From NCBI GenBank assembly GCA_016928395.1, contig JAFGKV010000193.1, forward strand, positions 1 to 57,821: a stretch of DNA of 57,821 bases. Direction: 5' to 3'. The notes beneath the pieces are model-generated. The model saw only the letters and a list, made by a program, of their open reading frames with translations. It had not been told where the DNA came from and made no database searches. The position numbers and the translations under genes are program-made. The stretch comes from Candidatus Fermentibacterota bacterium (GTDB lineage Bacteria; JAFGKV01). This document shows, one piece after another, positions 8,406-18,445 of the stretch (the stretch's first letter is position 1; every line of letters begins with the position of its first letter).

Positions 8406-10047
8406 CGAAGACTCCCGGGAGAGAGGGTGGAGCCGATGCCTGTTCTGCTCGCTCCAGTGCGACCTGGGCATCCGAGACGCCGGAGGCGGCCGACTCGAAG
8501 CGGTATTCCCCCCGGAGGGAGGGCTCTGCAGCCGGGGACAATGTGTCGGAGAACTGGCCATGCGGGTCCGAAGGGGAACGGTTCGCGACGGCATGACGGG
8601 CGAAGAGCTGCCCCTTGCGCGCGGCATTGAAAGGGCGGCAGCTCATCTACGCGACAATCCGGGTCTCGATATTATCGTCGACGGCAATCACCGGGGAGAA
8701 GTGCTGGCGATGGTCGCGGCACTGGCGGCCCGCAACCCCGAACGGATCCGGGGATTCGTCGCTTTGCCCGGTGAAGACCTGCTGATGCTGGAGCATGCGT
8801 GGTCCAGTGGTGTCCGCTCGGGCGGGCTCGAGACCGTCGAACATGCCGACGGATTACTGGTGATCGGTGACCCCTTCTCCAGTCATCCCCGAAGCGCCAA
8901 ACCAATCCTTGATTTCAAGCGACGCAATCGCCGTTCCCCCGTGGTCGTAATCGACAGCTCCCCCCGGCGTACAGCCCTCTTTTCGACTCATCCCGTCATC
9001 ATTGACCCTGCCCTCGTCCCTGCCGCAGTCGCCAGCGTGATCCCGAAAGACGCGGCCGCGTTCCCGCGTCAGTCGCCCGGCGAGATCGACCCCACCGGAG
9101 GGCTGGATCGGGCCCTGTCTGCCCTCGGAAAATGCGCTCGCCTGGGCATCATCATCGCATCAGCTCCCGGGCGGGGCTGCCACTGGTCGGCTGCGGCGTA
9201 CTATGCTGGGCTGCTGACCCGCGTGCAGGGATCCGTGCTCGGCGTGTTGACGCAGTATGGAAATGCACGAAGTGCGTCTCGTTTTGTTGCGTCTGGTGCC
9301 CTGCTGCCCGTTGGTCTCATGACAGAGATGGCGCCGGAGGATCGATCGGTTGCGGTGGTCGGTGAACAAGACTGTCTTCTGAGCGCCACCGTGTGCAACC
9401 ATGTGGCCCGAGCACCGCACGTCGTCCATATCGGGCTGGGCCCGATGAACTTGACACCCGCGCTCGACTTCCCGGGTGTGGGCTTCTTCGAGGATGCGGG
9501 CTCGGTGCTTTCATCCGACGCTGATTGGGAGTTTGTTCCCCCGGCACTCGCGCCGCCCGACGGGGTGCCTTCAGCCGCGGGTATGCTCAAGTCAATCATG
9601 GAGGTCGCCGGTTTCAATGTGGATGAAGGCCCCTCCGCACTCCCGAAGCACCCCGAGTTTGTCGCGCCACAGGCGATGCCTCCTCCTGCACCGATCAAGG
9701 GAGCAGGCCCGCTCAGAGGCCTGCTCTCCGCAGACCCTGAGCAGTTTGTCGACGGCCAGCTCACGGGCCTCACCAGCCTTCTGGGCTCCCGTACTCCGAC
9801 CGTCATCGTGGCAACCGCTGACTGTACCCGATACGGCATCGAAGCCGATACGCCAGTGACGGTGTCGTCCGAGAACGGGCAATGCGCCGCAGTTGCGAAG
9901 TCGTGCATGCATCAACCGTCAGGAATCGCCGTGATCTCATGCACAAACAGCGACGCAAAGGGGCTCTTCCAGTGGGAACTGTGCGGCGGAATACCCGTTG
10001 CCAAACCGTCGCGGGTCTTCATCGAATCCTCTCGGAGTGCCCTCTGA
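8395..10047 (+). CDS. Divergent molybdopterin-oxidoreductase-fold protein (NuoG-C/FdhA/FwdB-like) with an N-terminal 4Fe-4S motif
   Basis: CLFCSLQC...GGLCSRG; ADGLLVIGDPFSSHP; VVVID; C-terminal YGI...VTVSSENG dinucleotide-binding-like domain. Confidence 0.7.
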   Translation: MYSNEDSRERGWSRCLFCSLQCDLGIRDAGGGRLEAVFPPEGGLCSRGQCVGELAMRVRRGTVRDGMTGEELPLARGIERAAAHLRDNPGLDIIVDGNHRGEVLAMVAALAARNPERIRGFVALPGEDLLMLEHAWSSGVRSGGLETVEHADGLLVIGDPFSSHPRSAKPILDFKRRNRRSPVVVIDSSPRRTALFSTHPVIIDPALVPAAVASVIPKDAAAFPRQSPGEIDPTGGLDRALSALGKCARLGIIIASAPGRGCHWSAAAYYAGLLTRVQGSVLGVLTQYGNARSASRFVASGALLPVGLMTEMAPEDRSVAVVGEQDCLLSATVCNHVARAPHVVHIGLGPMNLTPALDFPGVGFFEDAGSVLSSDADWEFVPPALAPPDGVPSAAGMLKSIMEVAGFNVDEGPSALPKHPEFVAPQAMPPPAPIKGAGPLRGLLSADPEQFVDGQLTGLTSLLGSRTPTVIVATADCTRYGIEADTPVTVSSENGQCAAVAKSCMHQPSGIAVISCTNSDAKGLFQWELCGGIPVAKPSRVFIESSRSAL

Positions 10048-10541
10048 TGCCGGGCCTGAATGGGATAACCGCGCGCGTGGTGCTGGACATCGATCTCTGC
10101 ATCGACTGCAAGAGTTGCGCTGCGGCCTGCTATTTCCATCATAACAACATGCCCATTGTTGGCTTCGGCTCATCCCCCGGGGCGACGCTCCCCGTGATTT
10201 GCCGCCAATGCGAGTTCCCTGGATGTGTCGACGCGTGCCCCAATGAAGCCATGGCGCGGGACGAGAACGGGGTCGTCTCTCGATCGTTGTTTCGCTGTAC
10301 CGGCTGTCTGAGCTGTGTCATGGGATGCCCGTTCGGCGTCATCACCGAGCGGCTGGAGGGGGAGCACGTACCTAAGTGCGACCTCTGCGAGAATCGGGTG
10401 CTCGCCGGCCAGGAACCCTGGTGTGTCGCCAGTTGCTCCAGCGGCGCCCTGAAGTTCATGGACCCGGGCAAGGCTGAAGAGGCAGGCCTCGTGCTGCTGG
10501 GCGGGCGCACGGCGGGCTTCCGTCCATGGGGACGGAGGTAA
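10047..10541 (+). CDS. Polyferredoxin electron-transfer subunit (HycB/HyfA/CooF-like)
   Basis: CIDCKSCAAAC, CRQCEFPGCVDACP, CTGCLSCVMGCP, KCDLC...PWCVASC; TGATG overlap. Confidence 0.9.
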   Translation: MPGLNGITARVVLDIDLCIDCKSCAAACYFHHNNMPIVGFGSSPGATLPVICRQCEFPGCVDACPNEAMARDENGVVSRSLFRCTGCLSCVMGCPFGVITERLEGEHVPKCDLCENRVLAGQEPWCVASCSSGALKFMDPGKAEEAGLVLLGGRTAGFRPWGRR

Positions 10542-10546
10542 GGGCG

Positions 10547-11500
10547 ATGAGGGAGATGGGCCTCGCGCTGCTGGTGTTGTTCGGAGCGACCCTCGCCACA
10601 GCAGTGCTTGGCCTGATCACCCGGTTCATTGACCGAAAGGTAACGGCCAGAGTGCAGTGGCGGGTGGGGCCGCCATGGTACCAGACTTTCGCGGATATCC
10701 TGAAGCTCTTGGGCAAGGAAACGCTGGTGCCGGGGCTGGCAAAGGGAACGCTCTTTCTGGCCTCTCCCGTGCTGGGCTTCGCCGCCACGTCGGTGGGGGC
10801 TACCATGCTCTGGAGTCATGCCCTTGGGCTGGGGTTCGCGTTCTTCGGCGACATCATCGTGCTGGTGTACGTCCTTACCATTCCCTCGTTGATGCTGGTG
10901 CTTGGGCCGGCCAGCAGCGGCAGCCCGTACGGTGCGGTGGGGGCCAGCCGTGAGATGAAGCTCCTACTGGGCTACGAACTGCCCTTCGTCCTGGCACTGG
11001 CGGTGGCGCTCATTCACACCGGAGGCAGCCTGCGCATAGAGGATATCGTGGCTGGCCAGGCCCGCCATGGCGCGGTCATCGGAAGCGTCAGCGGCGTGGT
11101 GGCAGCGCTGGTGTCGCTGGTGTGCATCCAGGCCAAGATGGGCCTTGTGCCGTTCGACATGGCCGAGGCTGAGACGGAACTCATGGGCGGGATTCTGGTC
11201 GAGTACTCCGGGCCGCCCCTGGCCGTGATCCTGCTGACCAGGGCCATGCTGTATGCCGCGCTTCCAATGCTGCTGGTCACCGTGTTTCTCGGCGGCATCG
11301 ACTTGCGCGGCCTGGGTATCGTCTGGGCACTCCTCAAATACCTGGCCATCGTGGTGCTGATGGTTCTGATGCGCAACACCAATCCTCGTCTTCGGATCGA
11401 TCAGGCCGTGCGCTTCTTCTGGGGCGTGCTGGCGCCGATCGCCCTGGCTGCGGTGGCGTTGGCCGCCTATGGCAGGGCCCGGGGCATCCCGTGGCTATAG
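10547..11500 (+). CDS. NuoH/HycD/MbhM-like membrane subunit
   Basis: DRKVTARVQWRVGPP...DILKLLGKE, PFDMAEAETELMGG..EYSG, RLRIDQ. Confidence 0.92.
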   Translation: MREMGLALLVLFGATLATAVLGLITRFIDRKVTARVQWRVGPPWYQTFADILKLLGKETLVPGLAKGTLFLASPVLGFAATSVGATMLWSHALGLGFAFFGDIIVLVYVLTIPSLMLVLGPASSGSPYGAVGASREMKLLLGYELPFVLALAVALIHTGGSLRIEDIVAGQARHGAVIGSVSGVVAALVSLVCIQAKMGLVPFDMAEAETELMGGILVEYSGPPLAVILLTRAMLYAALPMLLVTVFLGGIDLRGLGIVWALLKYLAIVVLMVLMRNTNPRLRIDQAVRFFWGVLAPIALAAVALAAYGRARGIPWL

Positions 11501-11508
11501 GAGCGCTG

Positions 11509-11940
11509 ATGAGCTGGAAGATCTGGGCCTTGAAGAAGTCGATCTGGGTCTACCATGTGAATGTGGGCGCGTGCAATAACTGCGATATTGAGATCCTTGA
11601 ACTCCTTACTCCCCGGTATGACATCGAACGCTTCGGCATGGTGCTGGTGGGCTCTCCGAGGCACGCCGATGCGCTGGTAGTGACCGGGATTTGCACCCAC
11701 CAAGCGGTTCCCCGGCTCCAGGAGGTCTATCGGCAAACCGCGAAGCCGTGCGTCGTGTTCTGCATCGGAACATGCGCCAATGACCGTGGCATTTTCAAGG
11801 CCGGGTATGGCTCACCTACGCCTGCGGACGAGGCGATTCGCGCTGTGGATCCCCGCGCCATCATCGCGTATGTACCGGGCTGCCCACCCAAACCCGAAGC
11901 CATGATTGCCGGGGTCGTCAAGGCCCTGGCCGCTCTCTAG
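11509..11940 (+). CDS. Group 4 [NiFe]-hydrogenase small subunit (NuoB/HycG/MbhJ-like)
   Basis: ACNNCDIE, DIERFG...SPRHAD, GTCA, PGCPP. Confidence 0.93.
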   Translation: MSWKIWALKKSIWVYHVNVGACNNCDIEILELLTPRYDIERFGMVLVGSPRHADALVVTGICTHQAVPRLQEVYRQTAKPCVVFCIGTCANDRGIFKAGYGSPTPADEAIRAVDPRAIIAYVPGCPPKPEAMIAGVVKALAAL

Positions 11941-11949
11941 GAGGTATCG

Positions 11950-12381
11950 GTGGGCCACGTAGCGGAATCGATAAAGTCTCACGTCGGTAATGAACTGCTT
12001 TGGTTCAGCATGCCCAGCGATACCCGGGCATGGGCAGTGGTTGCTCCTGAGGCCATCCGCCGTACCATCGCATTCCTGCGCGAGAGTGGAGGCCGGCTGG
12101 CAACGATGACAGGCGTCGAGGTGCGGGATGGCATAGAGGTCAACTATCATATCTGTTTCGATCATGACGGCCTCGTCATCACTGTGCGCGCCCTGGCGTC
12201 ATGGCCTGAACCGTCGCTGGAGTCGGTGGCGCAAGACTTCCCGGGGGCCTTGTGGATAGAGCGCGAAATCCACGATGTCCTGGGGGTCTCGTTTGTCGGC
12301 CATCCCGATATGCGGCGCCTGGTGCTGCCCGACGATTGGCCCGAGGGAAACTATCCTCTCCGGAAAGGCTTCCAGGCATGA
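11950..12381 (+). CDS. NuoC/MbhK-like subunit
   Basis: WIEREIHDVLGVSFVGHPDMRRLVLPDDWPEGNYPLRK. Confidence 0.92.
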   Translation: MGHVAESIKSHVGNELLWFSMPSDTRAWAVVAPEAIRRTIAFLRESGGRLATMTGVEVRDGIEVNYHICFDHDGLVITVRALASWPEPSLESVAQDFPGALWIEREIHDVLGVSFVGHPDMRRLVLPDDWPEGNYPLRKGFQA

Positions 12382-13571
12382 AGCGCACGCTTGTTCCCAT
12401 CGGCCCCTACCATCCTCTTCAGGAAGAGGCGGAGTTCTTTCAGCTCTATGTGGAGGGCGAAACCGTGGTGGACATGGATGTCCGCATCTCCTACAACCAC
12501 CGGGGCATCGAGGAGCTATCGTCACGGAAGACGTTTGACCAGGTGCCCTACCTGGTCGAACGAGTATGCGGTATCTGCTCGGCCAGCCATCCCATGGCGT
12601 ATATCCAAGCCGTGGAAAGCATCGCAGGGGTGCAGGTCCCCGACCGGGCACTCTACCTCCGCACCATTGTGCTGGAGCTGGAACGGCTGCACTCGCATCT
12701 TCTATGGATGGGGTTGGCCGGCCACTTCATCGGGTACAACACAGTGTGGATGTGGGTGTGGCGATATCGGGAGCCGGTGATGGACGCCCTGGAACTGATG
12801 ACAGGCAGCCGGGTGAACTATGCCAATGCCAAGATCGGCGGCGTCCGCCGAGACATCCCACCTGAGATGTACCCTGAGATCAGGAAGGCGGCGGACGCGG
12901 TAATCGGTCCCACCGAGCTGGTCATCAAGGCCGTGCGCGATGATCCGGTCATGCACGCGCGGTTGAAGGGTGTCGGCGTGCTCAGGAAAGCGGATGCCAA
13001 GGCATGGTGCGTCACGGGGCCGACAGCCCGGGGTTCGGGAGTGGATATCGATGTCCGCAAAGACGAGCCATACGCCGCCTATGACCGGGTGGACTTCGAT
13101 GAGGTCGTGTGGGACAACGGTGACGTCTATGCCAAGTTCATGGTACGCTGCTACGAATGCCTGGAGGCCTCGAAGATCATCATTCAGTGCCTGGATCAAA
13201 TCGAGCCGGGCCCTGTCGATGCGATGGTTCGGGAAATCCCTCCGGGCGACGGCTGCGGACACGTCGAGGCTCCGCGGGGAGAGACCTTCCACTTCGTCAG
13301 ATCCGACGGATCGGCCCATCCTGTTCGCCACAAGGTGCGTGCCCCCTCCTATGTGAATATTCCGAGCTTTAAGGCAAGCTGCATCGGGCAGGAGATCGCC
13401 GACGTCGCGCTCATTCTGGCGTCGGTAGACCCCTGCTACTCATGCACTGAACGCGTGGCCGTGGCCAAAGATGTCTCCACGGGCAGGGTCGTGTGGTCCC
13501 ACAGTGATTTGGTCCGGCTAAGCCGACAAAAGACCGCCAGGCTCAGCGGGCGCGGGAACCGAACGGCATGA
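12378..13571 (+). CDS. Group 4 [NiFe]-hydrogenase large (catalytic) subunit
   Basis: GPYHP, HRGIE, L1 RVCGIC, EAPRGE, L2 DPCYSCTER followed by a 38-aa C-terminal extension; all four Ni-Fe Cys present. Confidence 0.95.
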   Translation: MKRTLVPIGPYHPLQEEAEFFQLYVEGETVVDMDVRISYNHRGIEELSSRKTFDQVPYLVERVCGICSASHPMAYIQAVESIAGVQVPDRALYLRTIVLELERLHSHLLWMGLAGHFIGYNTVWMWVWRYREPVMDALELMTGSRVNYANAKIGGVRRDIPPEMYPEIRKAADAVIGPTELVIKAVRDDPVMHARLKGVGVLRKADAKAWCVTGPTARGSGVDIDVRKDEPYAAYDRVDFDEVVWDNGDVYAKFMVRCYECLEASKIIIQCLDQIEPGPVDAMVREIPPGDGCGHVEAPRGETFHFVRSDGSAHPVRHKVRAPSYVNIPSFKASCIGQEIADVALILASVDPCYSCTERVAVAKDVSTGRVVWSHSDLVRLSRQKTARLSGRGNRTA

Positions 13572-15460
13572 ACGCCATGACGATCGCCTTGGCCATACCG
13601 CTGGCAGGGGGGCTTCTGGCCTACGTCCTGTCCCGTAAGGCGCCGACTCTGAGCGCAGTCATCGCCTTCCTGGGCAGCCTCCTTGCGGCGGTGTTCGTGG
13701 CACAGGTCTGGTCGGGCGAGGCGAATCCCCAGCTCCTGGCGCCGCTGGCCTCGGGGCCGGGGTGGCTGGCCCGCTTCGCGATTCTGGACCTTAAGGCAGG
13801 TTCGCTAGAGCTGGTGTTTCGTGCCACGAGGCTGGGAAATCTTGGTGCCGTGGGGACGGTTTTCTTCGGCATCATGATCGCCCTGTACAGCATGACGGCG
13901 CTACAGTCACACCCCGAGCGCGGCCGCTTCGGCGCCTTCCTGCTGTGGACCCTGTTCGGTGCCTTCATGGTGTTCTGGGCTGACAATCTGCTGGTGGTCC
14001 TGCTGGGCTGGGAGATCGTGACCCTCATGCTCTACCTGCTCGTGAATACCGATCCGGAAGGCTCCCGGGCCGCGGAGAAAAGCTACGGCATCCTGGGATT
14101 CACCGACGTGGGACTCTTGCTGGCCATCTCGTTCCTGGTGGCTTCGGGCAAGACGAGGGGGTTCTCAGTCAGCCAGTCCACCGTCTATGTCGGCTCGCCC
14201 GGCGTCGCCATCGCCTACTTCCTGTTCCTCGCCGCAGCCCTGGCCAAGGCGGGGGCATGGCCCCTGCACACCTGGCTTCCACCGGTGGCCAAGAGCTCGC
14301 CCGCGGCGGTCTCGGCCCTGCTGCCTGCCTCGCTGGACAAGCTCTTGGGCATCTATCTCCTGGCCAGGGTCTCACTGGATCTGTTTGTGCTGGCCCCGTG
14401 GATGCACACCGTGCTCATGATCATCGGCGCAGTCACTATTCTCTCCGCGGTGCTCATGGCCATGGTTCAGCACAATCTGAAGCGGCTGTTCGGCTTTCAT
14501 GCGGTCTCCCAGGTCGGCTACATGGTCCTGGGTATTGGCACAGGCTCCGCTGTCGGCGTCTTGGGGGGGCTCTTCCACATGGTCAACCATGCGCTGTACA
14601 AGAGCGGCCTGTTCCTGGTGGCCGGCAGCGTGGAGCGTCATGCGGGCACGGCCGAACTTGACGAACTGGGTGGCCTCAGGCGTGCGTTGCCGTGGACCTT
14701 CGGCGTTGCGCTCATCACCGCGTTCTCCATCTCCGGCGTGCCTCCCCTCAACGGCTTCGCCTCCAAGTGGCTGGTATACCAGGGGGCATTGGCCGTGGGT
14801 GGATTCCTGGGACCCCTGCTGTTCACGGTGGCGGTGTTTGGCAGCGCACTCACGCTGGCATCCTTCGTCAAGGTGCTGCACAGTGTGTTCTGGGGTCCGG
14901 AGCGGCAGCCGGCCGCAGGCAGCGCCAAACCCGAGCCTTTGGGCATGCTTCTACCCATGCTGCTCATCGCCACCCTGTGTATCGTCCTGGGGGTCTGGGC
15001 GGGCCCGAGCATCGGCGTGTGGATCGCGCCCGCCCTTGAGGAACTGGGCTATGGCCTGGAGTCGCCGCTGTACGGGCTCGACCTGGAGAGAGGCCTCTGG
15101 AATCCGCTCTTTGCCGTCGTTCTCCTGGCGGGGGGGGTTGTGCTCGGCCTGCTGCTGTACTCCGTAGGCGGTACCCGTCGGGCACGCACAGTGGATCCCT
15201 TCATGGGCGGCGAACGGTTCGGTGCGAGGCCGCCCTTCTATTCAGGCACGCATTTCTATGTCACCATCCAGAAGCTGCCGTTTCTGGGCGGGCTCCTGAA
15301 GGATGGCGAGGCGGGGGCATTTGATCCGTACCGGTGGGCGGGGCTACTGGGCGGCGTGGTCGTGGGAGCATTGCGCGCGCTCCACTCAGGGCTTCTGAAT
15401 CTATACGTGAGCTGGGCCCTCCTGGGCCTGGCCGTGCTGGTGCTGGCACTGGTTTTGTAG
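13568..15460 (+). CDS. Antiporter-like subunit (NuoL/MrpA/HyfB-like) with a lateral-helix/MbhI-like C-terminus
   Basis: GWE, KAGAWPLHTWLP, SQVGY, NHALYK, GVPPLNGFASKW, LHSGLLNLY. Confidence 0.9.
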   Translation: MNAMTIALAIPLAGGLLAYVLSRKAPTLSAVIAFLGSLLAAVFVAQVWSGEANPQLLAPLASGPGWLARFAILDLKAGSLELVFRATRLGNLGAVGTVFFGIMIALYSMTALQSHPERGRFGAFLLWTLFGAFMVFWADNLLVVLLGWEIVTLMLYLLVNTDPEGSRAAEKSYGILGFTDVGLLLAISFLVASGKTRGFSVSQSTVYVGSPGVAIAYFLFLAAALAKAGAWPLHTWLPPVAKSSPAAVSALLPASLDKLLGIYLLARVSLDLFVLAPWMHTVLMIIGAVTILSAVLMAMVQHNLKRLFGFHAVSQVGYMVLGIGTGSAVGVLGGLFHMVNHALYKSGLFLVAGSVERHAGTAELDELGGLRRALPWTFGVALITAFSISGVPPLNGFASKWLVYQGALAVGGFLGPLLFTVAVFGSALTLASFVKVLHSVFWGPERQPAAGSAKPEPLGMLLPMLLIATLCIVLGVWAGPSIGVWIAPALEELGYGLESPLYGLDLERGLWNPLFAVVLLAGGVVLGLLLYSVGGTRRARTVDPFMGGERFGARPPFYSGTHFYVTIQKLPFLGGLLKDGEAGAFDPYRWAGLLGGVVVGALRALHSGLLNLYVSWALLGLAVLVLALVL

Positions 15461-15478
15461 CAGCATGAGGAGGTAGGG

Positions 15479-16048
15479 GTGTCAGATCTCACTCCCGTGG
15501 TTCTGTACGCGCTCCTCGGGTTCATGATTCTGGGCTCCATTGTGGCCGTCGAGATCGCAGATCTGCTCAGCGCGGTCATCGCAATGGGCGCCGTGGGCTT
15601 TGGGCTCTCTCTGGTCTATCTCTTTCTTGGTGCTCCCGATCTTGCATTGACGCAGGTGGTGGTGGAAATCCTCATTCTGGTCTTTCTTATCCGCCTGGTG
15701 GTGCAACGCAAAGACACGACGGAGCAACATCCTCCCGGCGCGCTACTGGTCGGTGGCATCATGCTCGTGATGGGCGTTGTCCTTACGATCATGGTCATGG
15801 CCTTCAGTGACATGCACCCTTTCGGCTCTCCGCTGTTCTCCCGGACCGCGGCCGCACCCACCATCGCGTTCGATTACCTTCGCGAGGCTGTGGCCCAAAC
15901 CGGTGCCACCAACATAGTCACCGCGATTTTGTTGGACTTCCGGGCCTATGACACCTTGGGGGAAGCCACCGTGATCTTCGCCAGCATCGTGGGCGCCTAC
16001 GCTGTGCTGCGGCGCGTCGGCCGGATTTCCAAGGGAGGCACGGAATGA
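15479..16048 (+). CDS. MbhD/MbhE-like fusion (DUF4040 plus MrpB N-part)
   Basis: APDLALTQVVVE; NIVTAILLDFRAYDTLGE. Confidence 0.88.
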   Translation: MSDLTPVVLYALLGFMILGSIVAVEIADLLSAVIAMGAVGFGLSLVYLFLGAPDLALTQVVVEILILVFLIRLVVQRKDTTEQHPPGALLVGGIMLVMGVVLTIMVMAFSDMHPFGSPLFSRTAAAPTIAFDYLREAVAQTGATNIVTAILLDFRAYDTLGEATVIFASIVGAYAVLRRVGRISKGGTE

Positions 16049-16530
16049 CTCCTCATTCGCCGCGCGGCGGCTCTGGCATGACGATTATCGTGAAGAGCAC
16101 GACGAGAATCGTTACGGCCTTCATCATGCTCTTCGGCACCACGATCGTGCTCTACGGGCATGTCACGCCGGGAGGCGGATTTGCCGGAGGAGTAATCATC
16201 GCGGCAGCCTTCGCGCTTATCGTGCTAGCCTTCGGCAAGACACTGGCCGGCAGGTTTGTGACCGGCACCACGGCCTCGGTGTGGGATTCCGCCGCCGCGA
16301 CCGCCTTTCTTTTCGTCGGCGTGCTGGGGTATCTGGGCGGGTGCTTCTTCTGGAACTTCCTTCGTCCTCCCCAGAGTGGCCGCTTTACTCTCTTCAAGCT
16401 CTACTCGGCCGGGTCAATTCTGCTCTCGAATACCGCGATCGGCATGAAGGTCGGCATGGGCCTGCTCGGAGTGTTCCTTGCTTTGTCCGTATTCAGGCCC
16501 AGAAGGGAAGAAGGTGAAGGACATGAGTAG
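16045..16530 (+). CDS. MnhB/MbhF-like subunit
   Basis: GHVTPGGGFAGG. Confidence 0.9.
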   Translation: MTPHSPRGGSGMTIIVKSTTRIVTAFIMLFGTTIVLYGHVTPGGGFAGGVIIAAAFALIVLAFGKTLAGRFVTGTTASVWDSAAATAFLFVGVLGYLGGCFFWNFLRPPQSGRFTLFKLYSAGSILLSNTAIGMKVGMGLLGVFLALSVFRPRREEGEGHE

Positions 16531-16903
16531 CGGGGCCATACCCTTCGCGCTTTCCATGGTTGTGTTGCTCATCGGCCTGTACGCGATCATCGCCAAGGCG
16601 AATGTGGTGAAGATCATCATCGGTATCCTGATCACTGACTACGCGGTCAATCTGTTCCTCGTGCTTCTGGGGTATCGCCACGGAGGCAGAGCGCCCATCG
16701 TCACCAAGGCCGATCTTGACACAAGCGGTGGGGTGAGCATGGGGTTTGTCAACACCTCGGTGGATCCGGTTCCCCAGGCGCTGATCCTGACCAGTATCGT
16801 CATCGGGCTTGCCGTGGCCGCGATGATGGTCGCGCTGGCGCTCCGCCTCCACGACAAGTACGGCACCTTCGACATCACGCGCATTCGCAGGTTGAAGGGG
16901 TAG
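16523..16903 (+). CDS. MnhC/MbhG-like subunit
   Basis: DPVPQALILTSIVIG. Confidence 0.92.
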   Translation: MSSGAIPFALSMVVLLIGLYAIIAKANVVKIIIGILITDYAVNLFLVLLGYRHGGRAPIVTKADLDTSGGVSMGFVNTSVDPVPQALILTSIVIGLAVAAMMVALALRLHDKYGTFDITRIRRLKG

Positions 16904-16906
16904 GCC

Positions 16907-18445
16907 ATGACGAACATCCTCCCGCTGGTGGTGGCTCTTCCGCTGGGTGCGGGGTTCCTCTCGCCGCTGCTGGGCAAGTCGCGCCGCGGTGAATCGATGG
17001 CTGCGTTGCTGGCTCTGGGAATCGGTTTCGCCAACCTCGCCATCAGCGTCGCGCTGTTCACCACCACAGAGCCGCTGGTCTACTGGATTGGGTTCTGGAA
17101 TGCACCCGTGGGCATCAGCATGGCGGTGGATGGGTTGACCAGACTTCTCCTCCTCACGACCAGTCTCGTTGCCCTGGCGGCGCTGGTATTCAGTATTGCC
17201 TACATGCGTCGCTTCACGGCCACTGGGCTGTACTACTCGCTGCTCATGCTGATGGTGGCGGGCATGAACGGCGTCATCGTGACGGGCGACCTGTTCAACC
17301 TGTATGTCTTCCTTGAAGTCGCGTCCATCTCTTCCTACGGGCTGGTGGCCTTCGGCACGGAGCACGAGGAACTGGAGGCCAGCTTCAAGTATCTCATCCT
17401 CGGATCAATCGGCTCCTTGTTCATCCTGCTGGGCATAGGCATCCTCTACAACCTGACAGGCCAGCTCAACATGGCCCTGGTGGCAGACTCCCTGGCCGGC
17501 AGAGGCGCCAACAGGGCCATGACCCTGGCTGCGGCGTTCTTCCTCATGGGTTTCGGCCTCAAGGCCGCCTTGGTGCCCTTCCACGCATGGCTGCCTGATG
17601 CCCATCCATCGGCTCCGGCGCCCATCTCGGCAATGCTCTCAGGCGTACTCATAAAGGCGAGCGGTGTCTATGCCCTGGCCCGGATCGTGTTCAATGTCAT
17701 GGGGCCTTCCGCCGCCCATGCGGATGTGCTCACTGCTCTGGGCGCCCTCTCCATGGTTGTCGGCGTCTTCCTGGCGGTCGGGCAGTGGGATTTCAAGCGA
17801 TTGCTTGGCTATCACAGTATCTCCCAGATGGGGTACATAGTGCTCGCCATAGGAGTTGCCGCCCAGGTCATGTCGCCCCGGGGCAGCGGCGATGAGGCCC
17901 TGGCGGGACTTCTGCTGTTCGGCGGTCTCTTCCATCTGTTCAATCATGCGGCATTCAAGAGCCTGTTGTTCCTCTCCTCAGGGTCATTGGAGCAGCAGGC
18001 CGGAACCCGCATGCTCAAAGAGTTGGGCGGCATGCGTCGGCGAATGCCCGTCACCGCATTCTGTTGCCGGATCGGGGCCCTGAGCATCGCGGGGGTCCCT
18101 CCATTCAACGGGTTCTTCTCGAAGCTGGTTATCGTAGTCGCACTGGCTCTGGCCGGCAAGTGGCTGCTGGCCGCCCTGGCGGTGTTCGTCGCCATGATGA
18201 CCTTGGTTTCCTTCTTGAAGGTCCAGCGCACGGTGCTGGAAGGCGAAACCCCTGAGAGGCTCGCCGGGGTGCGGGAGGCTCCATACCCCATGCAATCGGG
18301 TATGCTGATCCTTGCGACGGTGTGCCTGTTGGGCGGGCCTTTGGTGGTGTGGCTGCGCGGGTGGTTGCTGGACCCGGCGGCCGCCAGCCTTCTGACCCGG
18401 GCAGCCGGCTATGCGGCCCTCTTCAGTCCCCGAGGTGGCCCGTGA
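16907..18445 (+). CDS. MnhD/MbhH-like antiporter subunit
   Basis: GDLFNLYVFLE, KAALVPFHAWLPDAHPSAP, NHAAFK, GVPPFNGFFSK. Confidence 0.92.
   Translation: MTNILPLVVALPLGAGFLSPLLGKSRRGESMAALLALGIGFANLAISVALFTTTEPLVYWIGFWNAPVGISMAVDGLTRLLLLTTSLVALAALVFSIAYMRRFTATGLYYSLLMLMVAGMNGVIVTGDLFNLYVFLEVASISSYGLVAFGTEHEELEASFKYLILGSIGSLFILLGIGILYNLTGQLNMALVADSLAGRGANRAMTLAAAFFLMGFGLKAALVPFHAWLPDAHPSAPAPISAMLSGVLIKASGVYALARIVFNVMGPSAAHADVLTALGALSMVVGVFLAVGQWDFKRLLGYHSISQMGYIVLAIGVAAQVMSPRGSGDEALAGLLLFGGLFHLFNHAAFKSLLFLSSGSLEQQAGTRMLKELGGMRRRMPVTAFCCRIGALSIAGVPPFNGFFSKLVIVVALALAGKWLLAALAVFVAMMTLVSFLKVQRTVLEGETPERLAGVREAPYPMQSGMLILATVCLLGGPLVVWLRGWLLDPAAASLLTRAAGYAALFSPRGGP

Noticed and set aside
8395-10047. 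Selenocysteine formate dehydrogenase
   Set aside because: No in-frame TGA and no recognisable catalytic motif.
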